Sequence record: NC_101838.1 | DNA length: 64,000 bases | Direction: 5' to 3' (one strand) | Origin: a phage | Made by a program: the position numbers and the translations under genes | Notes under the pieces: generated by a model | The model's input: only the letters and a program-made list of their open reading frames with translations | What the model was told of the DNA's origin: nothing | Databases searched by the model: none | Part shown: positions 1 to 9,176 of the stretch, one piece after another | Layout: each line of letters begins with the position of its first letter | How positions within the stretch are numbered: the first letter of the stretch is position 1

Positions 1-2
1 CT

Positions 3-1214
3 AAATCATCAGGTACCTGCCAGTTGACAATCAACACAACTGTGCCGTACAATATGATTTATGATTCCAAAACTTATACGCTAGACAGTGGCAACTTTGT
101 TCTTAGCAACGATGTGCAAGTAGCAGGGAATCTTATTGCTCACAGAATAAATGCTCCAGACCTAAGGATTGGGAAATACAACTTCCAAATTACCAACCAG
201 ACAGATGGAAGTATCAAAACAAAAAGCCTGGTTTTAACAGATAAGTCTCTGGACTCTTCTGATTTGCCAAGCTTTTACGGAGAGATTAAGCAATTCATTG
301 TCGATAATACAACCCTGTTGAACGACGATTTGATTCAGATCGATATGTTGACAGGAACGTTGTGGATAGGGTACAATTCGAATCTTGATCAAGTTGGACT
401 TAACAGCAGGGTAGATTTCAGAGTATCCCCGATTGTAGGGGAAAGAACTATCACACTGGATGTTATCGCTAACGAGGCTGGTGAGCTGTCAAGAGAGGCA
501 GAAACCGTGACAACAATGTCACCTACTCCTAGTGGATTTATCAAGCTTACCAACAGAGAAAGATTCAATGAGGGCAGGGATGTTGAGAAAGACTCAGAGT
601 ATCGCTTAAGAGCTTCCAGCACAAAACAGTTAACATCTAAGGCTACCCGTCCTGCAATCCTTAGCGCTGTAAGCGAGGTGAAAGGTGTTGAGAAAGTGAG
701 AGTGTTCTCCAACAACACCGATAAAACTGATGCTAAAGGTATACCTCCTTACAAGTTCCAAGTGGTTGTGTTTGGTGGTGCAACGGAGGACATTTGCCAG
801 GCACTTTACCAAACTATAGCTTGTACGAACAGGACTTATGGTAATATTTTCTACGATGTCACTACATCTGACGGTCAAACTGAAAGAATTTATTACTCCA
901 AGGCAAATACCTACCGCCTAGATGTAAGAATTACCTACTCCGGTGCTGCGCTTTCTACAACCGAAAAAGATGCCATTGTAGAGGCTCTTTTGCAGGTTGT
1001 TAACGGACTGGATGTTGCAGATACGTTGTATAATATCCAATTGGTAGGTGCTGCATCTGCTGCTGTGTCAATAGGTAGATTTAATAGACTGGTAATTCAA
1101 GTTAAACCAGTAGGGGCTTCTGATGAAGCTTACACTACAAACGATATTGTTGCGAACATGACCGAGGTGTTTGACCTCGACGAAAGTAATATAACTTTCC
1201 AACAAACTATTTAA
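3..1214 (+). CDS. tail/baseplate structural protein, probably 5'-truncated at window edge
   Basis: Frame of ORF 24..1214 stays open to position 3; the first in-frame start is TTG with no SD; co-oriented with downstream tail genes. Confidence 0.45.
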   Translation, partial: KSSGTCQLTINTTVPYNMIYDSKTYTLDSGNFVLSNDVQVAGNLIAHRINAPDLRIGKYNFQITNQTDGSIKTKSLVLTDKSLDSSDLPSFYGEIKQFIVDNTTLLNDDLIQIDMLTGTLWIGYNSNLDQVGLNSRVDFRVSPIVGERTITLDVIANEAGELSREAETVTTMSPTPSGFIKLTNRERFNEGRDVEKDSEYRLRASSTKQLTSKATRPAILSAVSEVKGVEKVRVFSNNTDKTDAKGIPPYKFQVVVFGGATEDICQALYQTIACTNRTYGNIFYDVTTSDGQTERIYYSKANTYRLDVRITYSGAALSTTEKDAIVEALLQVVNGLDVADTLYNIQLVGAASAAVSIGRFNRLVIQVKPVGASDEAYTTNDIVANMTEVFDLDESNITFQQTI

Positions 1215-1225
1215 GGCGGCGAGAT

Positions 1226-1912
1226 ATGGCAGAGATTAAGTCGGATGTTAACCACATCCACACTCTGCCAGATTTTGTTCAGGGAGGTCTTGACTACCTA
1301 CCTGGAGATTTTCTGGCTGAGAAGGTTAATTTAGTCACATTCTTAACCGTATACCTTAAAAGGTTGGAGGATGTTGATAAGATGCTGGTAGGTTTGGCTG
1401 AAGGAAGATTGCTTAACAATGCCAGCGGAAGATACCTTGACGAAGTTGGTAATCAACTTGGTATTCTTAGGAATGGACTTTCAGATGCTGATTTTCGTGC
1501 CACACTAATTATTCAGCAGGCCGCAGCATCAAGGGGCGGGACTCGCGAAGATGTCATCTCCACCTTGCGACAATTGTTCGGAAGAGACAATTTCGATACG
1601 TGGAAAGGAGACAACTTCAGGTTTGACATAAATATTAGAAAAACTTGCTTTGACATATTGCAGTCTATCGATCAGATCTTAGATATGCTACCATTGCCTT
1701 GTCATTTGCGTCTTACAGAATCGCAAGGGCAAGCTTTTGGTTTTGAAGGGGACTCTACAGCTCTGGGCTTCGGATCAGTGTGGGAAGAAAACCAATTCGG
1801 AGTTGGTGGGCTGGCTACTTTGCTATATGTTCCTGACGTAAGACCTGATTGGGACACCACAACCATTTATTGTGAAAGTATTACAGTAAACGCAACTAGA
1901 CAGGAGGGTTAA
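1226..1912 (+). CDS. hypothetical tail/baseplate protein (228 aa)
   Basis: ORF track; tightly packed in structural operon, stop overlaps next start. Confidence 0.5.
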   Translation: MAEIKSDVNHIHTLPDFVQGGLDYLPGDFLAEKVNLVTFLTVYLKRLEDVDKMLVGLAEGRLLNNASGRYLDEVGNQLGILRNGLSDADFRATLIIQQAAASRGGTREDVISTLRQLFGRDNFDTWKGDNFRFDINIRKTCFDILQSIDQILDMLPLPCHLRLTESQGQAFGFEGDSTALGFGSVWEENQFGVGGLATLLYVPDVRPDWDTTTIYCESITVNATRQEG

Positions 1913-3984
1913 TGGCAACAGCTGTTTTTAAACCTTACCGTGATTACTCTACAATGGCTGCACAGTTTCATTACCGCACAGTTCAGGATACTGCCGTTCC
2001 TGGTAGAGATTATGATCATGTTGAGGGCGATGTAACTATCCCAGTTGGGGCAACCAGTATTGAGATCCCAGTGGAAATTGTTGACAAATTACCCAACAGG
2101 TTGCCAAGAAGCTTCTTTATGGAGTTTTCATCAAAATCTCAAGGAGTGATGATTGGAACACAAAGGGCGAAATGTACAATAGTTTCAGATGAGAATCTTG
2201 ACAGGATATCTTGGGATACTGTTGAGGAGAGAATGTTTCACCCAAGATATTGGGTTACAACCACTCAGCAGACTGAAAGTACCTGTATTGTTGCAGATAA
2301 CAACTGTTGTATTAACCGTTTAGTGTCAAGAACATATGGAGGTATGGCTGGGTGCATTTGGGAAACAGTTGACAAGTATGACCATTTCGGTATTGGGTTT
2401 GATGATCACTATGAGATGAGAAACACCAAGCTTTGGTTCAGAATGTCAATAACCAACGCCAGCAACTTCTCCACTCCTGAAAAGATGATTATGACTGTAG
2501 ACCTTGTTGATGGCACAATCATCTATGTTCCTTTAGCTCAATATGCTGTCAGCATCTCAGAGGATAAAAATGTTGCAGAAATTCATATTGATTTTGAGGA
2601 CTGCGTCGGGATGGACCAGAACAACAACATGATGGGTGTTGATCCTCGGCAGGTGAGAAGGATTTTAATACCACTTATGCCTAAAGACTGGGTAAGTAAT
2701 AGCACAGATCCAAGAACGGAAAATGTAGAGTGTGAGTTGCGCCTAGATCTGCTTCAGCCAGACACAGGCTGGAAAATGATGCAACTTAATAATATCCAGG
2801 TGAGAGAGCACGACGTTGGGATCTGCACCGCATATGACGATATGTGGAACGTGTCCCCTTTAAGGGTGTTGAACAATATCAAGCGTCTGGGCTATACCGG
2901 AACCATAAACCATTATGTTGGTATGAGTCATTATTATGACTACACATGGTCAGGAACCCAATGGTCTATAAACAGAACAGGAGCGCTAAACGCTGCAGCT
3001 TATAAATGGCATGATGATTTTATGTACAATGCCAAACGACATAACTTCGACGTTATGCAATCTGTAAGTTTTGAGCTTTTCAGCGATGCCTGCCCGTTGG
3101 AATGGACCCAAAGAGACTGGAACGATAACTACGCTAAAACAGGGTATACACCTTGTAGCTACCTCCTGTCTCCAACCATTGAAGAGGGTATGAATTTCCT
3201 TACTGCAGTATTTAAGAATTTTGCATCAGCCGCTATGAGAAACAACCTGCCAGTGATTATGCAGGTTGGTGAACCGTGGTGGTGGTACAATACCGATACT
3301 CGTAGACCTTGTATTTATGATTACCCTACAAAACAGGCGTTTTATGATGAGACAGGCGAGTATGCATTAGATATTGGGACTATTGACGATCCTAAAACTG
3401 GCGGTGTTTACGATAAGTATGTAGCATTTTGTCGTGGTAAGCTTGGCGCTCGTATTGCTGCTATTTCAAAGGCAATAAAGGCACACGCTGCATCAGCTCA
3501 GATGACAGCTCTGCTGTTTTTCCCAACCATTATGGAAACCGAGCTTACGCAAAAGCTTAACCTTGCTGACCAATATAAAAAGGAAGCAGGTGCTCTTGAT
3601 TTCTTCTGCACCGAGTGCTACGATTGGGTGATGCAGGGAGGTATTGAAAAGGCAAAAGAGTCTGTAAACATACCTATCGTTAAGTTAGGTTGGCAACCGT
3701 CTGAAATACAATACCTTGCAGGGTTCGTTCCTAGTAAAGAGCTTGCTCCGGTATATGGTTACGACCCAACTAGGAATTACCAAGAATTTTTATGGAGATG
3801 TATTTGCGGAAACATGGCAACTATAGAGTATAGATACCCTGAGGTAAAACAGTATGTGTGGGCATACCCGCAAGTAATGTCTGACAGCATCACTGTTACC
3901 GCTAGAGATTCTACCGTGCTTCATATGGGGCAGGTTGCTCTGAAAGGGTATGTAGAAGATGTTGTCCCGCCAGACTTCTCATAA
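1912..3984 (+). CDS. hypothetical tail structural protein (690 aa)
   Basis: ORF track; AGGAGGG SD before ATG; lies between baseplate-like and tail fiber genes. Confidence 0.5.
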   Translation: MATAVFKPYRDYSTMAAQFHYRTVQDTAVPGRDYDHVEGDVTIPVGATSIEIPVEIVDKLPNRLPRSFFMEFSSKSQGVMIGTQRAKCTIVSDENLDRISWDTVEERMFHPRYWVTTTQQTESTCIVADNNCCINRLVSRTYGGMAGCIWETVDKYDHFGIGFDDHYEMRNTKLWFRMSITNASNFSTPEKMIMTVDLVDGTIIYVPLAQYAVSISEDKNVAEIHIDFEDCVGMDQNNNMMGVDPRQVRRILIPLMPKDWVSNSTDPRTENVECELRLDLLQPDTGWKMMQLNNIQVREHDVGICTAYDDMWNVSPLRVLNNIKRLGYTGTINHYVGMSHYYDYTWSGTQWSINRTGALNAAAYKWHDDFMYNAKRHNFDVMQSVSFELFSDACPLEWTQRDWNDNYAKTGYTPCSYLLSPTIEEGMNFLTAVFKNFASAAMRNNLPVIMQVGEPWWWYNTDTRRPCIYDYPTKQAFYDETGEYALDIGTIDDPKTGGVYDKYVAFCRGKLGARIAAISKAIKAHAASAQMTALLFFPTIMETELTQKLNLADQYKKEAGALDFFCTECYDWVMQGGIEKAKESVNIPIVKLGWQPSEIQYLAGFVPSKELAPVYGYDPTRNYQEFLWRCICGNMATIEYRYPEVKQYVWAYPQVMSDSITVTARDSTVLHMGQVALKGYVEDVVPPDFS

Positions 3985-3996
3985 TCAGGAGATAAA

Positions 3997-5037
3997 ATGT
4001 CAAAACCTAGTTTTCCATTAGAGATTTGGGCAGAGGAGGATCAGGTTCTGCCTAACACCCACAGACAGAACAGGCTACGCCCGATTGATGATTTGTGGAG
4101 AAAAGGTTGGGATCTTGGTCAAAAGCCCTCATGTGAAGAACTTAACTATATTTTCAATATGCTCGGAACTTGGGCAAAATACATTGCTGACGAGCAGATC
4201 CCCGCTCAAGAAGGCCGTTATCTGGTACGTGATAATAACTTGAGTGATCTTTTGAACATTCCTGTTGCCCGTAGAAACCTTGGGATTATTACTAAGGAAG
4301 AGGCAGACGCCAGGTATGTAAAAGTTACAGGTGATACAATGACAGGCCCATTGGGTTTGCAACGTATCAACTTTAAAGCTGCAGAGACAGATAAGGCTTG
4401 GATAGAGACAACTATTGGCCCAGATAAGACAACTCTCGACTTTGGGTTAAGTGATAATACTGGTTCGTTTGATGATGGTGGTACATCTACGGTAGATGCG
4501 TTTCGTTGGAGATTCCAGCCAACTCAGCCGGATATTAATCCAGAGTTCACTTTGATGTACCTTAACGCGATCACGGCTAACCGTGCGCTGTTGAAAGTGG
4601 TAGGCAATGTTGAAGTTGTCGATAACATGAGGTGCAATAACCTTACTATCAGCAATACAGCAACATTCACCAACTGTAATGTGGCTAGTCAGTTGACGGC
4701 TGGGTCAGTATATGTTAATGGTGGTGCAAGTTGTGACAGTATGGTTGTAAGAAGCCAGCACTGTGTTGTCGGTAACAGAAATGTGGTGCGCTCCGTGAAT
4801 GGAGTGACGGCTAACGGTAACGGTGATGTAACGATCACTATCCCGCAGACAGGTGTGCAAGACATCAGAATCGGTGCAAGACTTGTGGACGGCGTTTCTG
4901 AGTCTCCAATCCGCAACGGCTACGTTGTCACAGGCTGGCATTTCGGTGACAAAAAAGAGATGCGTGGTTCAACTTACTGGGCAGGACCTTTACAAAAACT
5001 TGTAAACGGTCAATGGATCACTGTTAATTATGCATAG
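3997..5037 (+). CDS. tail fiber protein, P2 gpH-like C-terminal domain
   Basis: C-terminus GWHF...LQKLVNGQWITVNYA resembles the P2 gpH tip (GWHF...IQKYINGTWYNV); conserved N-terminal PLEIWA...GW motif shared with the 6049 paralog; AGGAGA SD. Confidence 0.7.
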   Translation: MSKPSFPLEIWAEEDQVLPNTHRQNRLRPIDDLWRKGWDLGQKPSCEELNYIFNMLGTWAKYIADEQIPAQEGRYLVRDNNLSDLLNIPVARRNLGIITKEEADARYVKVTGDTMTGPLGLQRINFKAAETDKAWIETTIGPDKTTLDFGLSDNTGSFDDGGTSTVDAFRWRFQPTQPDINPEFTLMYLNAITANRALLKVVGNVEVVDNMRCNNLTISNTATFTNCNVASQLTAGSVYVNGGASCDSMVVRSQHCVVGNRNVVRSVNGVTANGNGDVTITIPQTGVQDIRIGARLVDGVSESPIRNGYVVTGWHFGDKKEMRGSTYWAGPLQKLVNGQWITVNYA

Positions 5038-5051
5038 ATCGGAGGACTAGC

Positions 5052-5636
5052 ATGAAAATACTCCAAGAGTTTAAACTTTACCAACCGGGATCTGGCGAAT
5101 ACCACGCCAACAAGGAAACCAAAGAGCTGACCCCTCAAGAGGTTGAGGACTACACCGCATACACTGGGTATTTTTTACGTAATGATGATGGCGATTGGTA
5201 TGTGCAGTCAAGAACATTACGACAAGAAAATCCGGGTTGTATCTTCCTACTTGTTGACGAAAAGGGAATTCTTAAGACATCTACAGAAGAACCTGATGCC
5301 TTATGGCCTGCTCCAGGTCTTCGTGTGGTTATCGCCAAAAAAGAAGAGGTACCAGAAAACATTATGCTTCACCACGACGCTTTGCGTTTAGTTGGTGATG
5401 AATTTGTCACAGACAATGAATTCTTTGTTCAACAGGCAGAGGGTGTCATAGAGACAGAACTTGCTTGGGCTACTGCTAGAATTGGTGCCTATCAAGACAT
5501 GATTGACCTTGAATATGATCTTACTGATGACCAGAAACGTAACATCAGAGATTTGAAAATGTACAGGGTAAAACTTCTTGAAATAGATACATCTAAAGCC
5601 CCTGACATTTTCTTCCCGGAGCGACCTACCCTCTAA
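5052..5636 (+). CDS. hypothetical protein, possible tail fiber assembly chaperone by position
   Basis: Immediately downstream of tail fiber gene; GGAGGA SD; no motif recognised. Confidence 0.4.
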   Translation: MKILQEFKLYQPGSGEYHANKETKELTPQEVEDYTAYTGYFLRNDDGDWYVQSRTLRQENPGCIFLLVDEKGILKTSTEEPDALWPAPGLRVVIAKKEEVPENIMLHHDALRLVGDEFVTDNEFFVQQAEGVIETELAWATARIGAYQDMIDLEYDLTDDQKRNIRDLKMYRVKLLEIDTSKAPDIFFPERPTL

Positions 5637-5647
5637 GAGGAGGTGTT

Positions 5648-5962
5648 GTGGAGTTGGATTTGGCGGCATTGTACGGTATCTGCATGGGTACCGTTGTCCC
5701 GATCTGTGTATGGGCTTTCAACCAGTGGCACACCAAATGGAAAGGCATTTCCAAGAGGTTGGATGAGCTGGAGAAAGACCTCATCTTAGTGAAAAACAGT
5801 ATGGTTACAAAAGATAAACTTGATTCCGTTATAGAGACCCGGTTAAGCAAGCTAGAGGCCGATATTAACGACCTTAAGCAGGATGTCAGGACAGATGTCT
5901 CCGGCATCAGAGCCGATGTACAAAAGATTTTGCACATGCTCGTAGAGCATAGTAAAAGGTAA
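5648..5962 (+). CDS. small membrane-anchored coiled-coil protein
   Basis: N-terminal hydrophobic segment then heptad-like charged region; GTG start after GAGGAGG. Confidence 0.4.
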   Translation: MELDLAALYGICMGTVVPICVWAFNQWHTKWKGISKRLDELEKDLILVKNSMVTKDKLDSVIETRLSKLEADINDLKQDVRTDVSGIRADVQKILHMLVEHSKR

Positions 5963-6048
5963 ACAAAGGTCAGAACGGAAAGGACTCCGTTCTTGCATTT
6001 TGTTCCCTAAAGTGTTAAAATAGTCCTAAGGAATTTTCTCAGGAGAAC

Positions 6049-7095
6049 GTGATGACTAAACCAGTTATCCCTCTTGATATTTGGGCCAATCAGGATGTTG
6101 TGCTTGAAAATACGGGAGAGTTGAATAAGTCTCAACCAAAAAAAGAAGAGAGATTGAAAGGTTGGGATATGACACAAAGAGTGGCATGTGAAGTTGTTAA
6201 CTTTGAACTTCACATGCTTTCTGCGTGGTTAAAGCATTTAACAGAAGATGTTGTCCCGGGATGGGATAATAGATTCTTAAGGGTCACTAATAATCTAGCA
6301 GACGTTCCAGACAAAGCTGCTGCACGTCAAGTTCTCAATGTATACTCGCCTGAAGAAATGGACGATCTATATATTGACAAGTCTGGAGACATAATGACTC
6401 AGACTCAAACTTTAGGTCTTCAAAGAATCGAGTTTGCATCTGCGTCAACAGACAATGCGGCAATATATACCACCATAACTCCAGACAAGACGACGATGGA
6501 TTTCTGGATTATGGACAACATCGGTGGTGCTGACGGCACAGACCTTGATGATCCTTCTCACCAAATAGACGGGTTCCGTTGGAGATTTCAACCTTCTGGT
6601 GGGCAGCCTGTGTTTTCGGCTATGAAGCTCAATGCTATAACTGCCAACCGTGCAAGACTGGCTATCCAAGGGAATCTTGAATGCAACGATGCAAAAAGTT
6701 CCTCTGCAAATGCCAATGCGGTCACGATACCAAGAGCCACTATTAATGGACAACAATCCTGCGGAAGCGCTCAAATAGGTGGAAGAGTTGATTGTAACGA
6801 TGAAACCGTCAGGGGCCAATACGCAACAGTTGGTGGAAGAAACGTGGTCCGCAGGGTAAATGGTAACGGCGCAGACAGTAGTGGTAACCTTACTATTCCT
6901 ATGCCTAGCAGAGGGGTTGATGATGTAAGGATAGCAAACCGTTTCAAAACCACCTACAGAGAGTCAAGAGTCTACCCTGGGCATGTGATGTGCTCTGGTA
7001 ACTACGCTTATAAACACCCTTATCAAGGTGACTACTGGACAGGTGCTATCCAAAAACTTGTAAATGGTCAATGGATCACTATATCTTATGCTTAA
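6049..7095 (+). CDS. tail fiber protein paralog, P2 gpH-like C-terminal domain
   Basis: Shares N-terminal PLDIWA...GW motif and C-terminal IQKLVNGQWITISYA with 3997..5037; central region divergent; ATG at 6052 after AGGAGA. Confidence 0.7.
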   Translation: MMTKPVIPLDIWANQDVVLENTGELNKSQPKKEERLKGWDMTQRVACEVVNFELHMLSAWLKHLTEDVVPGWDNRFLRVTNNLADVPDKAAARQVLNVYSPEEMDDLYIDKSGDIMTQTQTLGLQRIEFASASTDNAAIYTTITPDKTTMDFWIMDNIGGADGTDLDDPSHQIDGFRWRFQPSGGQPVFSAMKLNAITANRARLAIQGNLECNDAKSSSANANAVTIPRATINGQQSCGSAQIGGRVDCNDETVRGQYATVGGRNVVRRVNGNGADSSGNLTIPMPSRGVDDVRIANRFKTTYRESRVYPGHVMCSGNYAYKHPYQGDYWTGAIQKLVNGQWITISYA

Positions 7096-7106
7096 AAAGA
7101 GGGTAA

Positions 7107-7373
7107 ATGAAACTAACTCAGTTTTTATGGGGACTGGTTGCGGCATCTGATGACCCTACGAAAGTGTCCCAAACTAAGCTATGGTCGAACATAGGCATGG
7201 CGGTGATGACTGGGGTGTTTATTCATATGGGGTATAATGATACGCTTCCTGAATGGTATGCGTGGATATACGCGCCTTCAGTAGCTTGCCCCCAGCTTAT
7301 TAGCAAATTCATCTCGCTCCGGTGGGGTTGCCAGCACCCTGACCACGTTAAAAACGAAGAGCAAAAAGCTTAA
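7107..7373 (+). CDS. hypothetical small protein (88 aa)
   Basis: ORF track; SD-like AAGAGGG upstream; hydrophobic stretches. Confidence 0.4.
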   Translation: MKLTQFLWGLVAASDDPTKVSQTKLWSNIGMAVMTGVFIHMGYNDTLPEWYAWIYAPSVACPQLISKFISLRWGCQHPDHVKNEEQKA

Positions 7374-7382
7374 GGAGAAATC

Positions 7383-9128
7383 ATGGCGCAAGACATGACA
7401 AGCTTTGAGCAGGCGGTAGATCAAGTAATTGTTGATTCTGAACGTTTGCACTTGGTTGTCAACGGTAACGCTGTGGATGAAGTTGTCGTAGAGGATGGAA
7501 CCACCATCCCTACGGTACGAAAAGCCATGCTTGACAACCTTTATTTTAAAACGCCACCGATCCCTTGGGCGTATGGTGCATCCACAACAGTTTTTAACCA
7601 GCTGTACGAGTTTAAAGGGGACACAGGCCCTCAGTGGTGGTACGCTCCCGCAGCATCAAAATCTAACCCGGTTAGAATGCCAGCAGATCCTTCACAATCT
7701 CCAAACTGGAGATTATATACCGACTCTGCAGTAATGGCAAAATACTACGCAAAACTTAACAGCCCGAGGTTCGAAGGTGACCCACGAGTACCTACACCTC
7801 CAATGGACGATAAGTCAGAGTCCATAGCAAACACAGAGTTTGTTGTTGACTATGTTGATAGCATATTTAAAGCCATGGAGGGGATGAAAGTTACTGTAGG
7901 GTCTTTGGTGGTAAAAGGTCTTACAGAACTCGCTAACACTATAGTTGGTGGCACCCTTACCTTACATGGACCTGTTAATGGGGCAGATTCTACTGCACGC
8001 TTTAGGAATCTAATCCTCACGGCAAATACTTCTACACTTACTTTTGCGTGGAGCGATCCTAAGCATGCAGACTGGAGAAGTACAGAGCTGCAACCTCATG
8101 AAGTGTCCACCCACAGGGTTATAGCTGACACTATAACTTCTGGGAAACCAGTGGCTAATAATAACGATGTGCATTTTGATGGTCTGGGTAATAACTTTTT
8201 TGACTACGTGTACATTCGTGGTAATGCCATGAAGGCAGCAACCGAACCGACATTGCAGGTCGATGGGACCACCAGGGTTAAGAACCTTGAGGTAACAGGT
8301 ACCGTTACAGGGATAACATACTCTGTCGATGGCACCATGATCTACCCTAGCTATATTGAAAGCACGGGTGATGCATTGATAAATGGCGATTTGGAGGTTG
8401 GCGGGTCTGTAGTTATTCGAGGTACAGCCTCTATCCAAAATATAGCTCTGAATACTCTAAGAGTCAATGAGCGTGCAACTTTTGAAGGAGAAGGGCTTAC
8501 AGCCAATAAAGGTACAATTACCGAGCTAACCACCACCACTTTAACTGCAACAACTGCAAACTCTGAAAACTGCAACATTACCAGAAACTTGCAGGTAAAT
8601 GGAGATGTTAGTTTAAACGCCGCAGGGACTGGCACCACCTACCTTCACAACCTTGAAATATCTGGCACAGTGACCGGGTGGCTGCCAGACTTCTCTAATG
8701 TCAACTTTGTCTGTAATGGCATTAACTCCAGTGGTAAGATAACCACCTCTCAAGAAATTGAGGCGGGTAAAACCATTACTGCCCCTACTTTCCACACAGG
8801 AAAGGTAGATTTTGACTTAGAGGAGGTTGACGCGTCCAGTGGGACATGGACACCTAACGGGCAGGCCAGCATGTATGTTGTCCACGCGAAAGGGGATTTT
8901 ACAATAGGACAGTGGCCTGGGACATCAGCGGAAGATAAACCTTATCCATTCACTGCAGTTATCTATGTCATTCAGGATGCTGTAGGTCACAACGTGACTT
9001 TGCACGATAAGTATGCTATCCTGTCGGCAACACCTGTTATTAACAACAAGGCTAACAGTGTTACCTTGCTGCAATTAACGTATTGTGGTGTTGGTGATAT
9101 TGTAGACGTAGTAATTGCACAACGTTAA
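7383..9128 (+). CDS. tail fiber / tailspike-like protein (581 aa)
   Basis: AAGGAGA SD; Gly/Thr/Asn-rich repeats typical of fibers; followed by intrinsic terminator. Confidence 0.55.
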   Translation: MAQDMTSFEQAVDQVIVDSERLHLVVNGNAVDEVVVEDGTTIPTVRKAMLDNLYFKTPPIPWAYGASTTVFNQLYEFKGDTGPQWWYAPAASKSNPVRMPADPSQSPNWRLYTDSAVMAKYYAKLNSPRFEGDPRVPTPPMDDKSESIANTEFVVDYVDSIFKAMEGMKVTVGSLVVKGLTELANTIVGGTLTLHGPVNGADSTARFRNLILTANTSTLTFAWSDPKHADWRSTELQPHEVSTHRVIADTITSGKPVANNNDVHFDGLGNNFFDYVYIRGNAMKAATEPTLQVDGTTRVKNLEVTGTVTGITYSVDGTMIYPSYIESTGDALINGDLEVGGSVVIRGTASIQNIALNTLRVNERATFEGEGLTANKGTITELTTTTLTATTANSENCNITRNLQVNGDVSLNAAGTGTTYLHNLEISGTVTGWLPDFSNVNFVCNGINSSGKITTSQEIEAGKTITAPTFHTGKVDFDLEEVDASSGTWTPNGQASMYVVHAKGDFTIGQWPGTSAEDKPYPFTAVIYVIQDAVGHNVTLHDKYAILSATPVINNKANSVTLLQLTYCGVGDIVDVVIAQR

Positions 9129-9135
9129 TATATCT

Positions 9136-9161
9136 AACCGCTCCTGACGGGGCGGTTTTCT
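9136..9161 (+). terminator. intrinsic terminator
   Basis: Stem CCGCTCC / GGGGCGG with tetraloop TGAC, followed by TTTTCTT. Confidence 0.55.
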
Positions 9162-9176
9162 TACCTGGAGAACACA

